Shown piece by piece: positions 25,043-34,617 of a DNA stretch of 40,658 bases. The stretch comes from a virus. Lineage: Duplodnaviria > Caudoviricetes. The stretch spans positions 1 to 40,658 of the IMG/VR virus record IMGVR_UViG_3300012352_000388. The stretch is one strand, 5' to 3'. Position numbers and translations under genes: made by a program. Position 1 is the stretch's first letter, and each line of letters opens with the position of its first letter. The notes under the pieces were generated by a model. The model worked only from the letters and a program-made list of their open reading frames with translations. It did no database searches and was not told the origin of the DNA.

Positions 25043-25244
25043 TTTTCAAACCCCACTTAATTTTGCTCCAGATGCGTTCATGGAAGAAGTAAATAACTAT
25101 CTTTACTACAACTTCAATACTAACAATGGTAGCAGCCATATCTAGTTTACCAGTAACAACCAAAGAAATCAAGAACGTATTTAGACTTTGCCAAAATCTA
25201 TACGTCAGTGCTTTGACTACTGATCTTTTATTTGTTTCTTTCAT
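25035..25244 (-). CDS. DUF2061-like membrane protein
   Basis: ET.KRS..KAL.YR...YFFHERIW.KIKWG. Confidence 0.85.
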   Translation of the reverse strand: MKETNKRSVVKALTYRFWQSLNTFLISLVVTGKLDMAATIVSIEVVVKIVIYFFHERIWSKIKWGLKNV

Positions 25245-25996
25245 ATGCCCATCTCTTTGCGTTTTTGTGTTGCCGAGATGGCCTGTATGTCTGCAGGCAA
25301 GTCGATCTGCTCGATCTTGTACCCCACATCACGACCATAAACTATATTAGTAATGTTCGGTAATCTCTTAATAAGGTTTACGTACCCAGAATTTTTATCG
25401 TGAATAAGTTTTTCAACCATATCATATGGCAGGGGGTCCTTCTCAGAAGTGTTATATGTGTTTCTAACCCCTATTAGAACCTGATCAGTACGCTCTGCAG
25501 CACGGTCACGGAGCATCTGGTGGCCTTCGTGCCATGGCTGGTACCTCCCCAACATTAGCGTTGTTGGTGCTGACCAATCAAATAGGGCAAACTCCTCCAG
25601 TAGATTATCCACCATATCGTCTACGGAGATAAAGTCATTAAACTCTACGTCGTAAAGATCTGGATCCTCCCAAAGCTTATTAGTGTCTAAGAATCTACCC
25701 TCTTTAATTGTGTTCATCCAAACAAGAATGTCTGGCTTACCAAATACAAGCCTGGTTTCTTTGGTTGGGCAAACAAAGTCTACAATCACGTCGTGCCCCT
25801 GCTTAGACAATAGTCTTGCCATAGCTCCTAGCCTACGTGACTGCTCTTCCCTATCCTCCTGAGAGAATCCCAGGTCAGAATTGATATCTGCACGAACCTC
25901 GTCTGCATTCAGATGAATGGCGTTGATTCTTTCCCTAAGTGCTTTAGCTAAAGTAGTCTTTCCACTACCAGGTAATCCGATTATCTGTATAATCAT
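25241..25996 (-). CDS. cysC: Adenylyl-sulfate kinase fused to a HxGH nucleotidyltransferase domain
   Basis: GLPGSGKTT, LNAD.VR, DLGFS.EDR.E..RR, DFVCP; C-terminal LGRYQPWHEGH...ISAT. Confidence 0.8.
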   Translation of the reverse strand: MIIQIIGLPGSGKTTLAKALRERINAIHLNADEVRADINSDLGFSQEDREEQSRRLGAMARLLSKQGHDVIVDFVCPTKETRLVFGKPDILVWMNTIKEGRFLDTNKLWEDPDLYDVEFNDFISVDDMVDNLLEEFALFDWSAPTTLMLGRYQPWHEGHQMLRDRAAERTDQVLIGVRNTYNTSEKDPLPYDMVEKLIHDKNSGYVNLIKRLPNITNIVYGRDVGYKIEQIDLPADIQAISATQKRKEMGI

Positions 25997-26226
25997 TTGT
26001 CGCTTCCTATCAGCCTATTCTCTACGAGTCTTTCTCTCTCGTCAAGAATATTGTAGGCGAAGTTCATCATCTTATCGTACCCTGTGGCACTGTCCATGAT
26101 CTTGTTGTAGTGATGGTTGCAGAACACAAGGTCTCCAGTAACACCAATTACTTGGACATACGCTTGTGCTCCACAACTATCGCAACGATCATTTGCAGTG
26201 AGTACCCACTCCTCTGTCTCTGACAC
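25993..26226 (-). CDS. Small actinobacterial-type zinc-binding protein
   Basis: LTA.DRCD.CGAQAY...L.FC.HH...DER. Confidence 0.8.
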   Translation of the reverse strand: MSETEEWVLTANDRCDSCGAQAYVQVIGVTGDLVFCNHHYNKIMDSATGYDKMMNFAYNILDERERLVENRLIGSDK

Positions 26227-26402
26227 TACTTGTCCGTTCTATAGAATCCACTACCCTTGAATACAGGGTTACTCATTGAGTATACCCTATTTAGCCTGTT
26301 ACCGCAAGACTGGCAAAAATAGCCAGGGTCTGGATCCGAAATGCTCCTGCTAACAGATAGCTTAGTCTCGCAGGATAGACATTGATACTCATATGTTGCC
26401 AT
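26226..26402 (-). CDS. FmdB-family zinc-ribbon protein
   Basis: Manual translation MATYEYQCLSC...CQSCGNRLNRVYS...FKGSGFYRTDK (58 aa). Confidence 0.85.
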   Translation of the reverse strand: MATYEYQCLSCETKLSVSRSISDPDPGYFCQSCGNRLNRVYSMSNPVFKGSGFYRTDK

Positions 26403-26605
26403 TACTTAACTTTCTTTCCAAATCTAGTCCACAATCTTTCATGAGCAAAGTATCCGATGGCCTCCCAGCCAATGTAGAGCAAGGCTCCCCAGGTCGCATA
26501 CTCCCACTCCCCTGTGAACAGGTAGATTACTCCTGCTACACCGATAAGGTGAAATGTCTCCCAGCTAATTGTTTTTAGAAAGGTTTTCTTTTTCGAGTCT
26601 GCCAC
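26402..26605 (-). CDS. DUF2061-like membrane protein
   Basis: DS.KK...KTISW...YFAHERLW; GTG start at the upstream stop. Confidence 0.8.
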   Translation of the reverse strand: MADSKKKTFLKTISWETFHLIGVAGVIYLFTGEWEYATWGALLYIGWEAIGYFAHERLWTRFGKKVK

Positions 26606-27414
26606 TAGCCCAAAAGCCTCCATGAAAGCTGACCGACTACTCCGTCTGGCTTGGTGATTTCTTTGTGCTTCTTCTGGAATGCAATAGCGGCAATCCTGGT
26701 TGCTTCATCAAACTGTCCAGTTACAGATACGCCAAGCTTGGCCTGTAGGTATCTAACAGCGTCTCCCTCGGAGCCTTCACTTAGCTCGCCAGACAACACA
26801 GGCTTTACAAGTTTTGCAACTGCTTTTTTCTCAGCAATAACTGCATCAACCTTTGCTGCTTGTGCCTCGTTGTGCTCAGGTGCTTCTGCAATCGGATCGT
26901 CGTCTGTTGCTACGTCTGCTGCAGTTGCAATAATCTTCTCTTGTGCAATAAGTGCCTTGAAGAATGCGATCGGCTCGATGTAATTCTTACCATTTGCGTC
27001 CCAGGTGTGTACCTTACCAAGACGAAGCTCCCAGTGTAGGTGCTTTCCAGTTGACATGCCAGTGGTGCCCATCTTTCCAAGCGGAGTCCCAGCCGTGATC
27101 TTCTGGCCCTTCTTAACCTTGATTGATCCATCCTGCATGTGTGCAAATAGTGAGGTGTAGAACTTTCCATTAATCTTCATTAGAATAATTACGTAGTTTC
27201 CAAACCCTCCACCTGGAGATGTTGACTTCTTTGCCTCCAGTACTGTGGCATCAAACGGTGCCTCGATCCAACACGGTTCATGCGGAGACCAGATGTCGGT
27301 TCCATTGTGGTGCTTCTTTTGCTTGGTTACAGGATGGATACGCATACCCATGAGGCTGGTTGCCTTGAAGTCCTTGCCAAGCTTTCCATCTATCGGGAAT
27401 TGTGCTTTTGCCAT
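26605..27414 (-). CDS. M23 peptidase with C-terminal peptidoglycan-binding domain (endolysin-like)
   Basis: HNGTD, GFGNYV, FAHM, G.TG.STG.HLHWE; GD.V..LQ..L...FQ....DGVVG..SW. Confidence 0.9.
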   Translation of the reverse strand: MAKAQFPIDGKLGKDFKATSLMGMRIHPVTKQKKHHNGTDIWSPHEPCWIEAPFDATVLEAKKSTSPGGGFGNYVIILMKINGKFYTSLFAHMQDGSIKVKKGQKITAGTPLGKMGTTGMSTGKHLHWELRLGKVHTWDANGKNYIEPIAFFKALIAQEKIIATAADVATDDDPIAEAPEHNEAQAAKVDAVIAEKKAVAKLVKPVLSGELSEGSEGDAVRYLQAKLGVSVTGQFDEATRIAAIAFQKKHKEITKPDGVVGQLSWRLLG

Positions 27415-27479
27415 TATTATCTCCTTAGTTTATTCGATATAAGTATTATATCGTATTTGTCTTTCTGCTGTACTTCTTG

Positions 27480-28475
27480 CTACCCTGCTTGATCTACGTA
27501 CCACTGAACAACTGTTTTCAGTTCAGCATCAAGACTGTATGGTGGTTTCCATCCAGAGCTCAGTAGCTTGGAATTGTCAAGCCCATACTTGGAATCATAC
27601 CCTGGCCTAATGGTTTCCGAGTCTACAAGTCTATAGCTAAGTCTCTTGCCCACGATACCTGCAATCTTTTCTGCCCATTCTAGGTTTGAGTACTCGGCAT
27701 CGCCAGCAACGTTAAACTTGTTAGGTTTATCGCTATCCGACGGGAGTGCCACTGGCAGGCTCAGAACGTGCAGCAGTGCCGAGGCCTGATTGCCAGCGTG
27801 TAGCCAGTATCTCATACCAACCTTGCCCCCGTCGTACGTGTGAATATCCGTCTGCTTATCATTAATAAGATTGCTAACAACCATTGGTGTAAACTTTTCA
27901 ACATTTTGACATTCACCAACGAGATTCATAATGTTAATCATTGACACTGGAACAGCGTATGTTCTCCAATATGCAAAGATTATGTCCTCTTGGGCTGCCT
28001 TAGATGCACTATAGGGGTTGCTTGGAAGGTGCGTGTCCCACTCCAAAAACTTTTCATTTTCGTATGGCCCAAAGACTTCATCCGTAGAGACATGAAGAAG
28101 CTTCTCTGGCTTGTGCTTTCTTGCCCAGTCAAGGACATTACAGATTATCTGAACGTTATTAATGATAAAGTTTGCTGGATCGGAAATGCTCCTGTCAACG
28201 TGTGACTCGCTAGCCAGATTGATTAGATAGTCTACCTTGCCGAATAGCATGCTGGTGTCTTCCGATATTGGTTTCGACAAGTCGCACTCAACGGCCCTGA
28301 CCCTAGCAAGCTTTGATGGATCCTTGTCAGTAGCAAAAGACATCCTACCCTCTAAGTCATTATGGTTCTTTAGTGTTACGGCAACAATGGTCCAGTCCGT
28401 AGTGTCTAGGATTCTTTTAATAACATGGGCAGCGACGAAGCCATCTCCACCAGTAACTAGAACTGTTTTGCCCAC
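27480..28475 (-). CDS. rmlB: dTDP-glucose 4,6-dehydratase-like
   Basis: NLASESHVDRSI, HVSTDEVFG, PSNPYSASKAA, EKF.P, RPG.D..Y. Confidence 0.85.
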   Translation of the reverse strand: MGKTVLVTGGDGFVAAHVIKRILDTTDWTIVAVTLKNHNDLEGRMSFATDKDPSKLARVRAVECDLSKPISEDTSMLFGKVDYLINLASESHVDRSISDPANFIINNVQIICNVLDWARKHKPEKLLHVSTDEVFGPYENEKFLEWDTHLPSNPYSASKAAQEDIIFAYWRTYAVPVSMINIMNLVGECQNVEKFTPMVVSNLINDKQTDIHTYDGGKVGMRYWLHAGNQASALLHVLSLPVALPSDSDKPNKFNVAGDAEYSNLEWAEKIAGIVGKRLSYRLVDSETIRPGYDSKYGLDNSKLLSSGWKPPYSLDAELKTVVQWYVDQAG

Positions 28476-29458
28476 TATAACCCCAGCATCTCTATGTAAA
28501 CCTGCCTAGCATTTTGAAGTTCGCTCCCAGCGGCATCGTAGAATTCCTCAATCGATCTTCTTGGATTTCTAACCTTGAGAATCGAAGAGGTGTCCTGAAA
28601 GACAAACTTTGCAATCTCTAGCTTTTCTTCTTCGGTTTCATAGATTGCCTGATATCGCTTTCCCTCCTGAAGAGTATAGGCATCCTTGTTGTATAGGGTC
28701 TTGGCAGTAGCCAGATAGTCATGTCCGATATGGTCTTGCTCTGGCAACATGTAGTAGTCCCAACCAGAAAGGAATGAGCTGATGGCTATCGTATACTCCT
28801 CAGAGTATGATCTAATCACGTCGTGGAATCCTACGTCGTAAAGGTAATCCTTGCTGGCAAAGAATAGGTGGCTGCAAGAATAGAAGGTTCTCAGGTATCG
28901 CTCTCCATCCCAGTATAGCTGTACCTTTTCTCCATCAACATACTCAAACTGGGTTGACTCTGGCAGAATCGTTCTTTCGATGCTTTCCTTGTTGTGCTCC
29001 CACTCTACCTTCCAGTAAGATCGATCGTGAATCGTGCCATTGCTTATAGTGTCTCCAACTGACTCGATAGTTGGTCTAGAAATAATTACTCGGTTGCCGT
29101 GCAATCTTTGTAAATCTTGATAGTCATTTATTAGCTTTGCGTCCCAGTACTTTGCAAATACCATGTGAGAATCAATCATGAGGAAGTAGTCTTGGTCCGT
29201 GTGCTGCTCTGCCATTTCACGTCTGATCCAATAAACCCCTGGCCTCTCCTTGACGTCGTAGAACAAGAAATTGAAGTTTGGGTTACTGAGGTAGGCAGAC
29301 ATGTCTGGCATCTTGTCGTCATCATACTGCATTCCTATGCAAAAGAATAGTCTTTCTGGATATAGGGCATTCGACAGGGCACTCTCAATGGTTGGGATAA
29401 GTGCTGGGTCGTTATATGACGGAATCGTTATAAAAATTGTTTTGTCTTTGTTTGACAA
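28475..29458 (-). CDS. GT60-like GlcNAc transferase (Skp1 Gnt1-like)
   Basis: TIFITIPSY.DP...TI..A...A..PERL...G..W.R...DYFLMIDSHM.F...WD..LI...EE...AI..F..GWD. Confidence 0.75.
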   Translation of the reverse strand: MSNKDKTIFITIPSYNDPALIPTIESALSNALYPERLFFCIGMQYDDDKMPDMSAYLSNPNFNFLFYDVKERPGVYWIRREMAEQHTDQDYFLMIDSHMVFAKYWDAKLINDYQDLQRLHGNRVIISRPTIESVGDTISNGTIHDRSYWKVEWEHNKESIERTILPESTQFEYVDGEKVQLYWDGERYLRTFYSCSHLFFASKDYLYDVGFHDVIRSYSEEYTIAISSFLSGWDYYMLPEQDHIGHDYLATAKTLYNKDAYTLQEGKRYQAIYETEEEKLEIAKFVFQDTSSILKVRNPRRSIEEFYDAAGSELQNARQVYIEMLGL

Positions 29459-29553
29459 GATTGGTCTCCCTTAAGTTGTGTTACCTATAAATTATACTAC
29501 AAATACCCCCTTGGAGTCAACCCCACCTTTGGCAATTATGGTATGATTGGCTT

Positions 29554-30342
29554 ATGAAAACAGCAATAGTGACCTCCTTTGACAGCAAATACCTAGACTA
29601 CTCACGTGTTACAGTAAAGACTCTGGGACTTAACTACCATGGCCAAGATGCCCTAGACATAATTTGTTTAGTGCCAGATGACCTATTACATATGAACGAA
29701 GCATATTCGCAATCTATAAGCCAGCCAAATTTAAACATTCAGTTTAGGACCTCGTCAAGATTCTCGGAATTACTGTCTGACGGATCTGTGGGCGAAGATG
29801 GCTACTGGACAACCAACACCTATCAAAAGATATTTGTTGGATCTACCTTGGAGGACTATGATTGTGCAATATACATCGACCCAGATACAATCATTCTTAG
29901 GGACATAGAACCGCTACTAAGCTATAGTAGTTCTAGCCCGTTTATGGCAGTTATAGAGACTGTAGACAGCAGTAAAAAAGCTTTTGGCAAGGAAGATATC
30001 CCTCACTTTAATGCTGGAGTGTTTAAGGCTGACCTTTCATTCTGGAGATCCCACCGTGTAGAGGACCAAGTTATTGATTGGATCAGGCGATCTCCTGCCC
30101 CTGCGTTTGCTGACCAGGACTCCCTGAATGCAGTGCTGCTGAGACATCTGGCCCCATTGCCATTCTCTTTCAACTTCTTTGAATATATAGTAGATAACAA
30201 TAGGCTAATGGCTAGAGAGTATGACAACCCACTAATTGTGCATTTTGTTGGAGCAGACAAGCCATGGAAAGAAAAGTCTGTCTCTAAGTATGGAGTTATG
30301 TGGAGACAAGCATTCTCCGAGCTAGCTACTCTCGTCCAGTAG
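29554..30342 (+). CDS. Glycosyltransferase family 8
   Basis: IYIDPDTII..DI, FNAGV..DL..WR, DQD.LN, IVHFVG.DKPW; leaderless after TGG-TATGAT. Confidence 0.9.
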   Translation: MKTAIVTSFDSKYLDYSRVTVKTLGLNYHGQDALDIICLVPDDLLHMNEAYSQSISQPNLNIQFRTSSRFSELLSDGSVGEDGYWTTNTYQKIFVGSTLEDYDCAIYIDPDTIILRDIEPLLSYSSSSPFMAVIETVDSSKKAFGKEDIPHFNAGVFKADLSFWRSHRVEDQVIDWIRRSPAPAFADQDSLNAVLLRHLAPLPFSFNFFEYIVDNNRLMAREYDNPLIVHFVGADKPWKEKSVSKYGVMWRQAFSELATLVQ

Positions 30343-30973
30343 ACTGTAGGGGAACGTCTAGGTTATGGTACCAGTGTGGCATTGAATATCTCAGCCCCTC
30401 TGTTATCGGGTGAACTTCATGAACGTATAAGAAGTTAGATGGGAAGAAGATTATGCTTCCAGCCTCTGGCTTAATTCGTACACCAGAATTTCTAAACTCG
30501 ATGTCTCCGCCTTCATAATTGTCGTTAAGGTACATTACGCTAGACAGAATCCTGCTACTTACCCCTTGATCGAAGTGTGCAGGTAGATGCCCACCAACAC
30601 CATACTTAAGTAAATGAATAGTGTGCTCTCTAGACTTAACGCTTCTTCCTGCAAATGGATAGACAACGGTTGAGTAGTGATTAAACGCCTTAGCTAGTGA
30701 TGGGTACAAAGCATCTGCAATCTGAACCATCTCTTTTGCGTAGTAGTCGTGCTTTGGAACATTGTGAGATTCTGGAAAAAATTTCTGATAGTTAAAGAAC
30801 AAGTGATCGTATGTCCAAGGCTTCCAGTCTGCAACCATCGTCTCGCTATCGCCATGCTCTTTTGCCCTAAACCTTGTATCAACATCTTCTATTAGGTCAA
30901 TTATTGCCTGTGGGTTTTCTATGACTTCACGGTAATATACTAAGCCAAGATCAAGAACTTCGTGATTCATCAT
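30326..30973 (-). CDS. 2OG-Fe(II) oxygenase (prolyl 4-hydroxylase-like)
   Basis: HFD, SSVMYLNDNYEGG.I.F, FFPSNFLY.HEV.PIT.G.RYS. Confidence 0.9.
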   Translation of the reverse strand: MMNHEVLDLGLVYYREVIENPQAIIDLIEDVDTRFRAKEHGDSETMVADWKPWTYDHLFFNYQKFFPESHNVPKHDYYAKEMVQIADALYPSLAKAFNHYSTVVYPFAGRSVKSREHTIHLLKYGVGGHLPAHFDQGVSSRILSSVMYLNDNYEGGDIEFRNSGVRIKPEAGSIIFFPSNFLYVHEVHPITEGLRYSMPHWYHNLDVPLQSTGRE

Positions 30974-30977
30974 ACAA

Positions 30978-31577
30978 CTACTTTCGGTTATTAGGGTGGG
31001 TCTGTGCTTGCCAAACAGCAGTTTCCTCCGAGGAGTGGAAGTCTGGGTCTGCATGTTCTGGAATGCTTGTGTGCATATATAGAGCAGTTCTTCTGGTACC
31101 GCTGGTAACAGATGTTATTCCGTGAATGTACTCCGAACCAGCAGATGGGAAGAATACAGCAGAATACTGTCTTGGCTTGTACTCAAAATTTTGGTTAGGG
31201 AAGTATATGACTCCGCCCTCATATTCTTCTGGGCTGTTCAAGTATATGATTGTGCTAAATTCGATGAACGGTTCTGGATCTTGAGCGTCTAGGTGCAGGC
31301 CAGCTTTGCTGACTGGCTTCCATACGGATCCGAAACTCTTAAATACAAAAATTGGATTTACAAATCCATTGGCTTCTTTGTGAACATTATTAGAAAGAAG
31401 ACCATACTTTATCAGGATATCCATTACACGCTTGTTGTATGGGAAAGCCGTACCACCGAATCTTTTGGCGTAGTACTCTGGATAGGGATTTCTTTCAGAC
31501 GGGAAGTCCTGCTCCTGCATCAGTATTTCTGCGTCCTCTGGACTAATAAAATTATCTATAACGGTTATTCTATGCAT
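30978..31577 (-). CDS. 2OG-Fe(II) oxygenase (prolyl 4-hydroxylase-like)
   Basis: HLD, IIYLN..EYEGG.IYFP, FFPS...HGIT.VTSG.R; leaderless after TGA-TATAAT. Confidence 0.9.
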   Translation of the reverse strand: MHRITVIDNFISPEDAEILMQEQDFPSERNPYPEYYAKRFGGTAFPYNKRVMDILIKYGLLSNNVHKEANGFVNPIFVFKSFGSVWKPVSKAGLHLDAQDPEPFIEFSTIIYLNSPEEYEGGVIYFPNQNFEYKPRQYSAVFFPSAGSEYIHGITSVTSGTRRTALYMHTSIPEHADPDFHSSEETAVWQAQTHPNNRK

Positions 31578-31589
31578 AATGATATTATA

Positions 31590-32453
31590 TCAGTAAACTG
31601 CCTTAGTGCCAGCAATGAATCTGCGAGCATCTACTCCGTGCATCTTTAGCTTATACGGATCATACTCGACATCGTTTGTAGAATACGGGAGCCTTTTTAT
31701 CGGACCCTTTGGCAGTCCATGGAAGCTCAAAAATTCTAGAAGGGCCTCTTCTGAGATATTGTAGGCAGAAAGGCCCACGCCGTTCAGCATGTCTACCACA
31801 ACGTTGTAGTTATGCTCTACTGAGAATGTGTGATAGGTATTCTCTACAGACCTAATGTTTGCATCTACGTAAACATGTTGTGGAACTGAAAGTATGTCGT
31901 ACCCTGCAGACAAAATGGCTAGGGACAGATACTCGTTTTCACCATTATACTTGAGAAAGCCTGGCGAAACCACTTTTAGAAGTGCCTCGGACTTTGCAAA
32001 TATAAAATTTCGGTCAACGATCTGCGTTGTAGTATATTCACTGGAGGATGTGTATTTTGCATGTAAAGAAAACATATCAACATTAGATACAGAGACGCTT
32101 CCCGATCCAGATAACACTATTTTGCCTGACTCTAGCTTATCCATAAGATCTAGGTCCCAGCCATCTTTCAAAGTTATGTCTGGACTAATTACGCAAATGT
32201 AGTCTGAATAAGATACAGCGTCCAGGATTCTCTTTGCTCTATGCTGAGCTGGCCCTTCGATTGAATCCCAGATGAGGTGATCATAGTGACACCCGTCAAC
32301 GGAAGAGAACTCCTCTTTATGACTTATCGGGTGCTGATCGGTAACAAGAACCATGTTCCGTGACCTGGTAACACTCTTTATATGATTTACAAAATCAAGA
32401 AGCCCTCTATCCTTATACCCAACAACAATAATTGTGATTGGCATATTAGTCAT
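31590..32453 (-). CDS. Diverged GT60/GT-A-like glycosyltransferase
   Basis: I.I...GYKD, GP...R, DY...ISPD....GWD..L, GENEYLS.....GYDI; DSH replaced by SPD. Confidence 0.55.
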   Translation of the reverse strand: MTNMPITIIVVGYKDRGLLDFVNHIKSVTRSRNMVLVTDQHPISHKEEFSSVDGCHYDHLIWDSIEGPAQHRAKRILDAVSYSDYICVISPDITLKDGWDLDLMDKLESGKIVLSGSGSVSVSNVDMFSLHAKYTSSSEYTTTQIVDRNFIFAKSEALLKVVSPGFLKYNGENEYLSLAILSAGYDILSVPQHVYVDANIRSVENTYHTFSVEHNYNVVVDMLNGVGLSAYNISEEALLEFLSFHGLPKGPIKRLPYSTNDVEYDPYKLKMHGVDARRFIAGTKAVY

Positions 32454-33225
32454 CGTGGTTTACCTCTTTTTCTTTTTTACCAAAAATACCAAAAATCTTT
32501 TTTCTCCAGGCAATTTTTTTGTAATACCCATAAAGCATTGATCGCCTATTTTCTGCACGGAACCAGTGCTCGTCTATAGCTTCCTGGCTACCATCTACCT
32601 CTAGTTCCCAGTCATCTCTCTTAAATGGTATCATCTGAAAGATTGGTGTGCCCTTTGGAATTACTCCACGAAAGTTTCTTTTAAGGAAAAATGCTGTAAA
32701 CACTGGCAAGCCCCATATGTCTGACTCAACTATCCCAGATAGTGTATAGAATGGCAGATCGTGTCTATTCATGGGGTGAGTTATGAGTACAGAATACCCT
32801 GGAGGTGTCTCATAAAACCAATTCATCCTCCAGCCGTAGTGTATTGGGTGGCAATTGTCTGGCAGTGGAACATCGAAGATCGGCCTTGTGTCCACTAGCA
32901 TGACATCTCCAGCCCAATGCATTACTGGGTGGCCATCCTCGTCCATATCGACGTAAAGGTCATCCTCTAGGCAATAGTTGTATCCTGCGGTGAGTGCGTC
33001 GAAGTATGGCATGCACATCTTGGTTGATACCTGTGCTCCGTCTGTTCCTATATTGTTTCTAGGATTAAGAGTGATGTCGCTATTTGATTTGTCAAATCTT
33101 GATAAAGCTCGATACCACTCTGGAACGTGCCTTACTGCTGGCTCTGGAGGAAAGTTTGGTCCAGTGCCATCTTCTCTCTGCTGATGTGCAGGGATAAACT
33201 TAATCTTGAGTGGCTCATTGCTCAC
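32446..33225 (-). CDS. Conserved phage protein, DUF6065/dUTPase-fold-like (tentative)
   Basis: PEWY, K.CMP.FDALTAGY, TPPGYS.L.THP.NR..LPF..LSGIV.SD, IPKGTP..Q.IPFKR..W. Confidence 0.7.
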   Translation of the reverse strand: MSNEPLKIKFIPAHQQREDGTGPNFPPEPAVRHVPEWYRALSRFDKSNSDITLNPRNNIGTDGAQVSTKMCMPYFDALTAGYNYCLEDDLYVDMDEDGHPVMHWAGDVMLVDTRPIFDVPLPDNCHPIHYGWRMNWFYETPPGYSVLITHPMNRHDLPFYTLSGIVESDIWGLPVFTAFFLKRNFRGVIPKGTPIFQMIPFKRDDWELEVDGSQEAIDEHWFRAENRRSMLYGYYKKIAWRKKIFGIFGKKEKEVNHDD

Positions 33226-33956
33226 TTATATTCCTTTGGAGATCTGAACTTATTCTTATATCCATTGTTAAAAGTGCTTCTAAGATTCATTCTGTGCTTC
33301 TTGAGAAAGGACTCTGACTCCGAAGCGTCAGCAATCTCCATCTTCCAGTCTTCCCTTCTAAATGGTATGACCTGCACTAGTGGAGTTCCTTGCTTGATGA
33401 CTCCCTTGAACCCTTTCTGGACCTTAAAGGATAGATGACCATCAGATGGGTAGCCATCAGTATCAATTAGTCCTGGCAGGGCTGTCAGTGGTGATGGATC
33501 CTTGTGCAGTGGGTCTAAAAACAATGCACTAAATCCTGGTGGAGTCGATGCAACCCAGAATGGCATTATTCGAAGAAGGTCAGGGTGATATAGATCTGCA
33601 TCCATTGGCATGTTTGCATACTGCTTTCTGTCGTGAGTTGCAAATATATCCCCCTTGAATAGGGTCATGGCTGCTGGAATCTGATAAGTAAGCTTTTCTG
33701 GGCTTGTAGCATCGATGTATATGTCTAGTGGGGCAACAATAATGTATCCAGCTGTGATGACATCAAATATTGGCAGGCACTTTTTTACTGTGCTGGCTGG
33801 TTGCCCAAATTGTGCAAGAAGCTCTCCGTTATCCACGCTTCCTGGCTGCTGCTTATACCAATCTGGCAAAGCTCTTGATCCTGGCTTTGGCTCTGGTGAA
33901 AACTCTGCTGTCTTATCATTTAGCGGATAAAACTTGATTATGTTCTGCTTCTTCAT
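33222..33956 (-). CDS. Paralog of 32446..33225
   Basis: PDWY, TVKKCLP.FD..TAGY, TPPGFS.L, GTPLVQVIPFRRE.W. Confidence 0.7.
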   Translation of the reverse strand: MKKQNIIKFYPLNDKTAEFSPEPKPGSRALPDWYKQQPGSVDNGELLAQFGQPASTVKKCLPIFDVITAGYIIVAPLDIYIDATSPEKLTYQIPAAMTLFKGDIFATHDRKQYANMPMDADLYHPDLLRIMPFWVASTPPGFSALFLDPLHKDPSPLTALPGLIDTDGYPSDGHLSFKVQKGFKGVIKQGTPLVQVIPFRREDWKMEIADASESESFLKKHRMNLRSTFNNGYKNKFRSPKEYK

Positions 33957-34617
33957 AAAAATTCCTAACTTTATCTATAAGTATATCATTTGCAGAGAAA
34001 ACCATGTCAAACATTGGGGACTGCCTTGGCACCTTCCCAAAGTTATCGGACACCATGTGGCTACCAGTCCTATTAAAGAAAAAGGTGACAAACTTTGGCT
34101 CTATGTTTTGAATCTGCTCTGGCACCCTGTAGTAGTTAAACTCAGTAGGAATTATTGTAAAGGGGCTTCCGTCTGCCTGCTCTATACTAACATGAACATT
34201 CTCATCTAAGATCCATGGAACGTAGAACTTAAAGGCTGTGTCAAAGGTGTTCTCTGGAGCTGTAAGGCCATCCTGACTAGTATTGTAGTACTGTCTTTGC
34301 CAAGGTCTATCTCGATGCACAAAAGATCCATCGCTTTTTTCTAGGAGAAAGAACTCCGCATGGTTTCCCTGACGCAGACGAACTTTTCCATCCGATATAC
34401 TCACGAGTGTAGGTGGGGGAACTAGTCGCTCGACATATTTGTTAATTGGCTTAATTACTGACCTTGAATAGTGACCTACCAACACCTCTTGAAAAGACAA
34501 CCAGTGATGAGGGATATTGGACATCCTAGATATCTCTGTAAAATTTGGGTCAGGGGTATCGTACCATATACCAAAGTTGTCTACCTCTTTAGTAGTTATG
34601 TCTGGCTTATCCATCAC
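33916..34617 (-). CDS. Hypothetical protein, possibly a degenerate member of the same family
   Basis: 233 aa in operon; FKFYVPW...SPF.I...G...R.SP.F.M. Confidence 0.7.
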   Translation of the reverse strand: MMDKPDITTKEVDNFGIWYDTPDPNFTEISRMSNIPHHWLSFQEVLVGHYSRSVIKPINKYVERLVPPPTLVSISDGKVRLRQGNHAEFFLLEKSDGSFVHRDRPWQRQYYNTSQDGLTAPENTFDTAFKFYVPWILDENVHVSIEQADGSPFTIIPTEFNYYRVPEQIQNIEPKFVTFFFNRTGSHMVSDNFGKVPRQSPMFDMVFSANDILIDKVRNFYEEAEHNQVLSAK

